Shown here one piece after another: positions 7,035 through 10,668 of a stretch of 10,668 bases of DNA. This DNA comes from Alphaproteobacteria bacterium (GTDB taxonomy: Bacteria > Pseudomonadota > Alphaproteobacteria > UBA6615): contig CBDHEC010000011.1 of assembly GCA_965261975.1 (NCBI GenBank), positions 1-10,668 of the forward strand. Reading direction: 5' to 3'. The translations under genes were made by a program, and so were the position numbers. The notes under the pieces were generated by a model, which was not told the origin of the DNA, searched no databases, and worked only from the letters and a program-made list of their open reading frames with translations. How positions within the stretch are numbered: position 1 is the stretch's first letter; each line of letters starts with the position of its first letter.

Positions 7035-7979
7035 CTATTTGGCCTCAAGCCAGGGCCGCCATTTGTCCTCGTTGTCGGCCAGCCACTGTTCCGCAGCCTC
7101 TTCCGGCTCCAGCCCGTCGACGTCGGCCAGCTTCGCCATCACCGCGATGTCGAGATTGCTGAAGTTGATCTGCTGGATGATCGGGTAGGCGCCGGGCCAT
7201 GTGTCGGGAAAGCCTTCCCATACACCGATCTTCAGATAGCCGTCCTTCGGGTTGCCGCAGTCATAGGCTTGGTCCGGATTGACTCCCCAGGACGCGTCCT
7301 CACGGCAGGCCGGGTCATACTCGGGGAACTCGACGAAAGCACCGTCGTAGATCGCCTCGATGAAGTTCGGGGTCCAGTTGAACAGCACGATCGGCTCGCT
7401 GCGGTTCGACGCGGACTCGAGTTCGGCCCACAACGCGGCAGCCGACCCGGCGTTGACCACCTGAAAGTCAATGCCGAGACCGTCGACGCGCTCCTGGTCG
7501 TGCTTCAGCCAGTCGACCGGCCCGGCAAGGAACCGGCCCTGGGGTGCGGTTTCCGGTGTCGAGAACATTTCGGCGCAGGCGTTCAGCGCCTCCCAGTCCG
7601 GCAGCCCCGGACACATGTCCGCGACATAGGCCGGATACCACCATTCCTCACGAGTCTTGGCATCATGCGTCGCCGCGTCGATGACACAGCCTTCATCAAC
7701 GACCGCCTCGAAGGCCACGCCGAACGCACCCTGCCACACCTCGTGGACGAGATCGATGTCGCCTTCGCACATCGAGGTGTAGACGACTTGGCTGTCGGCC
7801 GGGATGTAATCGACCTCGTAGCCGGCCTCGCCCAGTATATTGCCCACGATGTGCGCGCCGACGATCTGGCTGGACCAGTTGTGAATCGGAATCTTGATGG
7901 GATCGTCGGAATCTGCGTTTGCAACCGTTGCACCGCCTAAGACAAGTACAACGAAAGATATCGGTAACTTAAGCTTCAT
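7035..7979 (-). CDS. tmoX: Periplasmic substrate-binding protein, OpuAC family, TmoX-like (trimethylamine N-oxide binding)
   Basis: Sec signal peptide (MKLK + hydrophobic core + ANA/D) and RBS GGGGAG. Motifs PIHNWSSQIV, EVWQGAFG, HDAKTREEWWYP, CPGLPDW, GPVDWLKH, NAGSAAALWAE, FNWTPNF, YDCGNP.GYLK closely match Roseobacter TmoX as I recall it. Confidence 0.85.
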   Translation of the reverse strand: MKLKLPISFVVLVLGGATVANADSDDPIKIPIHNWSSQIVGAHIVGNILGEAGYEVDYIPADSQVVYTSMCEGDIDLVHEVWQGAFGVAFEAVVDEGCVIDAATHDAKTREEWWYPAYVADMCPGLPDWEALNACAEMFSTPETAPQGRFLAGPVDWLKHDQERVDGLGIDFQVVNAGSAAALWAELESASNRSEPIVLFNWTPNFIEAIYDGAFVEFPEYDPACREDASWGVNPDQAYDCGNPKDGYLKIGVWEGFPDTWPGAYPIIQQINFSNLDIAVMAKLADVDGLEPEEAAEQWLADNEDKWRPWLEAK

Positions 7980-8230
7980 AGCGGTTTCTCCCCGTGAGAA
8001 TTTTGGCGGAATCCCATGTATTCCTCAGAGCTCCACCCGTTTCCCGGTTTCAATTTGTTATTACTGACTGACGTTCGTCCGTCATGCCGGAATATTCAAA
8101 GATTTATTCTATCGCAGGGGAAGCCGATATTCCATACGCACCAATTTGCAGCAATTCTGATGCGGTTCATATACCGGTTTAGTGCGGCGTCTGCGTGGAA
8201 CGCGCGTCCGCACCGGCACGGCATGAGGCA

Positions 8231-8639
8231 TCAGATGGTCTGTAAGCCGGGTTCTGTCCGCCCGCCCGTGCTCGCACACGGACGAGGGGATGGCCATTCC
8301 TCTGGGACGCACATTGCTGCACGCCTCGCGCGACCTACCCGGGTGTCGGTGCGGAGACCCACCAAGGCGGCCCCGAAGGCCCGCCCGCGCACCCCTATCT
8401 GGTCTTGCTCCCGGTGGGGTTTACCATGCCGGTCCCGTCGCCGGGCCCGCGGTGGGCTCTTACCCCACCCTTTCACCCTTGCCGCGCGCTTGCGCCGGCG
8501 CGGCGGTTTGCTTTCTGTGGCACTTTCCCTGGGGTCGCCCCCGCCGGGCGTTACCCGGCACCGTGTCTCCGTGGAGCCCGGACTTTCCTCCCCGCCGCGG
8601 GTTTCCCCATTGCGGCGGAGCGGCCATCCGACCATCTGA
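8231..8639 (-). ncRNA. rnpB: RNase P RNA, bacterial type A
   Basis: Minus strand has GAGGAAAGTCCGGGCTCC, AGGGAAAGTGCCACAGAAA, GGTAAACCCCACCGGGAGCAAG and ACAGAACCCGGCTTA. The P1 helix is formed by TCAGATGGTC and GACCATCTGA at the two ends. Confidence 0.98.
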
Positions 8640-8647
8640 CGCCTGTG

Positions 8648-9337
8648 TTACTTAGCTTGCGTGTCCGCTGCCTGCAATACGAGGCCGAGCAACCGGCAGG
8701 TTTCCAGGTCGGCTTCACCGTCGATTCGCGCCGGACGAAAGCGGCGCTGGAAGGCGCGCAGGCAGGATCTGACGCCATAGCTGTCGACCCCGTAACCGAG
8801 CGCGGCGAGTGCACGAGACGGATCGTCTGTGGTCCGCCCGTGGCTCACTCCCGGCCAGACGCCGAGACCGGCGCGGGCCAGTTGTGCCCAGGGAAACAGC
8901 TCCCCCGGGTCCGCCTTGCGATTGGGGGCTATGTCGGAATGGCCGACGACATTGCCCGGCGGGATCAGATGGCGGGCAACGATGCCCCGGCCAAGACCGA
9001 TGACAGCGGCGATCTGGGCCTCGGGAAAGGGCGCCAGGCCCCAGTCGTGGCCTGGATTGACGATCTCGATGCCGATCGAGCGGCTGTTGATGTCGCCACC
9101 GCCGCACCATTCGCCAGCGCCGGCGTGCCATGCACGGCGGTGTTCCGGCACATGGGCGTGGATGGTGCCGTCCTCCGCCACGGTGTAGTGGGCGCTGACA
9201 CCGGCCTCGGGATCGCAAAGCCTGGAGATCGCCTCCGCGGCAGTGCGCATGCCGGTGTAATGCAGGACGAGGATGTCGAGCGGCCGATCGCCGACACGCG
9301 GACCGTGGTTGGGCGATGGTGTCTCGATCAGGCGCAT
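8648..9337 (-). CDS. N-acetylmuramoyl-L-alanine amidase (Amidase_2, AmpD/AmiD-like) with C-terminal peptidoglycan-binding-like domain, 229 aa
   Basis: Start at ATG 9337 (MRLIETPSPNH). Motifs LVLHYTGM, VSAHY, RAWHAG, INSRSIGIEIVNPGH, GHSDIAPNRKADPGELFPW and LAALGY...AFQRRFRP..IDG. No signal peptide or lipobox. Confidence 0.95.
   Translation of the reverse strand: MRLIETPSPNHGPRVGDRPLDILVLHYTGMRTAAEAISRLCDPEAGVSAHYTVAEDGTIHAHVPEHRRAWHAGAGEWCGGGDINSRSIGIEIVNPGHDWGLAPFPEAQIAAVIGLGRGIVARHLIPPGNVVGHSDIAPNRKADPGELFPWAQLARAGLGVWPGVSHGRTTDDPSRALAALGYGVDSYGVRSCLRAFQRRFRPARIDGEADLETCRLLGLVLQAADTQAK
8649..8677 (-). promoter_or_regulatory. Putative sigma70 promoter of rnpB inside the 3' end of the amidase gene
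   Basis: TTGCAG (8677-8672), 17 nt, TAAGTA (8654-8649, preceded by GC), ending about 9 nt before the P1 helix. Confidence 0.55.
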
Positions 9338-9351
9338 GGCGACCTTCGACT

Positions 9352-10245
9352 CTACGACGATGCCGACGGCATCGGCAGTGTTGTGCGCGGCCGGCGGATC
9401 AGGATGACGCCGACGCCGACAATGACCAAGGCACCGCCACCGATGATCCGCCAGGTGATCGGTTCGCCCAGGAACAGCGCGCCGGTTACCACGCCGACGA
9501 TCGGGACGAGCAGCATCACCGGCATCACCTGGTTCAGCGAGTATCGCCCGAGCATGCGATACCACTGGCCGTAACCGATGATCACCACTGCGATCGCCAT
9601 GTAGGCGGCGGCGAACCAGCCGCGCCAGTCGAGTGTCGACATGGCCGCCCATTGCCCATCTTCGAAGATCAGGGTCAAAACCAGCATCTGCGGGGTCGCG
9701 AACACCGCGATCCAGCAGTTCAGCATCTGGCCGTTGACCGGCTCATCCGCCTTGGCCGACATCAGCTTGACGATGAAGGCACCGAGCGCCCAGCTGAACG
9801 AAGCAACCAGGATCAGACCGACGTGAAGCAGGCTGTCGGTCAGGTTCGGCGCGCCCCCGATGATGACCACCCCGGTGAAGGCCACAGCCATGCCGCCGGC
9901 CCGACGCCAGCCGATCGGATCGTTCAGGAAAACGGCGGCGAGCATGGCAGAGAACGGTATCTGGATCTGGGTCAGCAGCGATGCGGTGCCGGCCTCCACC
10001 GCCTGGACTCCGTAGAACATGCAGCCGAAATGCAGGCTGCCGAGCACCACCGACAGCAGCAGCACCTGCTTCAGATGGCGACGCGGCAAACGGTAGAACG
10101 GCACCAGCAACACGGCGACCAGGGCGAAACGCAAAGTCATCATCAGCAACGCCGGAAATACGGCGAAACCGATCTTGGCGACGGCCAGGTTGGCGCCCCA
10201 CAGGACGATGACGCCGAGCAGAATCAGAGTATCGGTGAGGCGCAT
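9352..10245 (-). CDS. EamA / DMT superfamily transporter
   Basis: 297 aa, about 10 hydrophobic segments in two repeats. Motifs LWGAN..VAK, LRFALVA, LLTQIQIPF...LA..FL.D, SWALG, LLVPIVG..G..FLGE. Confidence 0.93.
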   Translation of the reverse strand: MRLTDTLILLGVIVLWGANLAVAKIGFAVFPALLMMTLRFALVAVLLVPFYRLPRRHLKQVLLLSVVLGSLHFGCMFYGVQAVEAGTASLLTQIQIPFSAMLAAVFLNDPIGWRRAGGMAVAFTGVVIIGGAPNLTDSLLHVGLILVASFSWALGAFIVKLMSAKADEPVNGQMLNCWIAVFATPQMLVLTLIFEDGQWAAMSTLDWRGWFAAAYMAIAVVIIGYGQWYRMLGRYSLNQVMPVMLLVPIVGVVTGALFLGEPITWRIIGGGALVIVGVGVILIRRPRTTLPMPSASS

Positions 10246-10668
10246 TCAGGCCGTGGCCCTTCCGGCGGCCAGCGCCTCACGTTTTTCCTCGAGTTCGAGC
10301 CAACGGGTTTCCGCCTGTTCCAGCGCACGGCTGGTCTGGGTCAGGTCGTCGACCAGCTTGTGGTATCGGGCCTGGTCACGGCTGAACAGATCCGGGTCGG
10401 CCATCTCAGTCTCCAGCGCCGTGATCTTCTGCGACAGCGCGTCGATCTCATCGGGCAACGCGTCGAGTTCGCGCTGGTCCTTGTAGGAGAGCTTGGCTTT
10501 GGCCGGTTTCGGCCGTTCCTGCTCGCGCTTCGGCTTGGGCGCCGCGCGCTCAGCGGCGGTCGCGACGATGCGCTGGGCGAGATAGTCGGTATAGCCACCG
10601 GGATAGTCCTCGATCCGGCCGTTGCCCTCGACGGCAAGGGTCTGGCTGACTAGGCGGTCGAGGAAATC
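10246..10668 (-). CDS. uup: ABC-F family ATPase (Uup-like), C-terminal fragment
   Basis: Frame is open from the right edge: DFLDRLVSQTLAVEGNGRIEDYPGGYTDYLAQR...KLSYKDQRELDALPDEIDAL...MADPDLF...AETRWLELEE, i.e. the end of the second ABC domain plus the Uup coiled-coil C-terminal domain. Confidence 0.9.
   Translation of the reverse strand, partial: DFLDRLVSQTLAVEGNGRIEDYPGGYTDYLAQRIVATAAERAAPKPKREQERPKPAKAKLSYKDQRELDALPDEIDALSQKITALETEMADPDLFSRDQARYHKLVDDLTQTSRALEQAETRWLELEEKREALAAGRATA

Noticed and set aside
8046-8080. TTATTACTGACTGACG as a BetI-type operator
   Set aside because: Only a loose half-site resemblance, with no dyad symmetry.
8182-8213. Imperfect hairpin GTGCGG...CCGCAC downstream of rnpB as a terminator
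   Set aside because: Bulged stem and no U-tract on the transcribed strand; not enough support to call.
8016-8655. ORFs of 121-207 aa overlapping 8231-8639 on both strands
   Set aside because: The region is explained by RNase P RNA; the ORFs are incidental.
9338-9652. N-terminal extension of the amidase ORF
   Set aside because: Overlaps EamA. Amidase homology starts at MRLIETPSPN (9337).
1-10668. Mobile elements, CRISPR arrays, tRNA/rRNA, tandem DNA repeats
   Set aside because: No transposase or integrase motifs, regularly spaced direct repeats or tRNA cloverleafs were seen by eye.

Overview
GC-rich alphaproteobacterial-looking chromosomal window with ten protein-coding genes and one RNA gene. 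Plus strand, left: the 3' end of a probable MNIO (DUF692)-type RiPP/metal-stress cluster (5'-truncated DUF2063/BufC-HvfC-like gene followed by a DoxX/BufD-like gene), an uncharacterised 324-aa protein with an N-terminal coiled coil and an extremely acidic, probably disordered tail, and a dienelactone hydrolase. Minus strand, read from the right edge: the C-terminus of a Uup-type ABC-F ATPase, an EamA/DMT transporter, an Amidase_2 N-acetylmuramoyl-L-alanine amidase, RNase P RNA (rnpB), a TmoXWV-like (trimethylamine N-oxide) ABC transporter and an SDR oxidoreductase. I saw no mobile element, CRISPR array, tRNA or rRNA. No clearly new multi-gene system is fully contained here. The best leads are the acidic coiled-coil protein with its TTAA-rich upstream region and the truncated DUF2063-DoxX cluster at the left edge. 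All family assignments come from motif recognition and memory, not from database searches.
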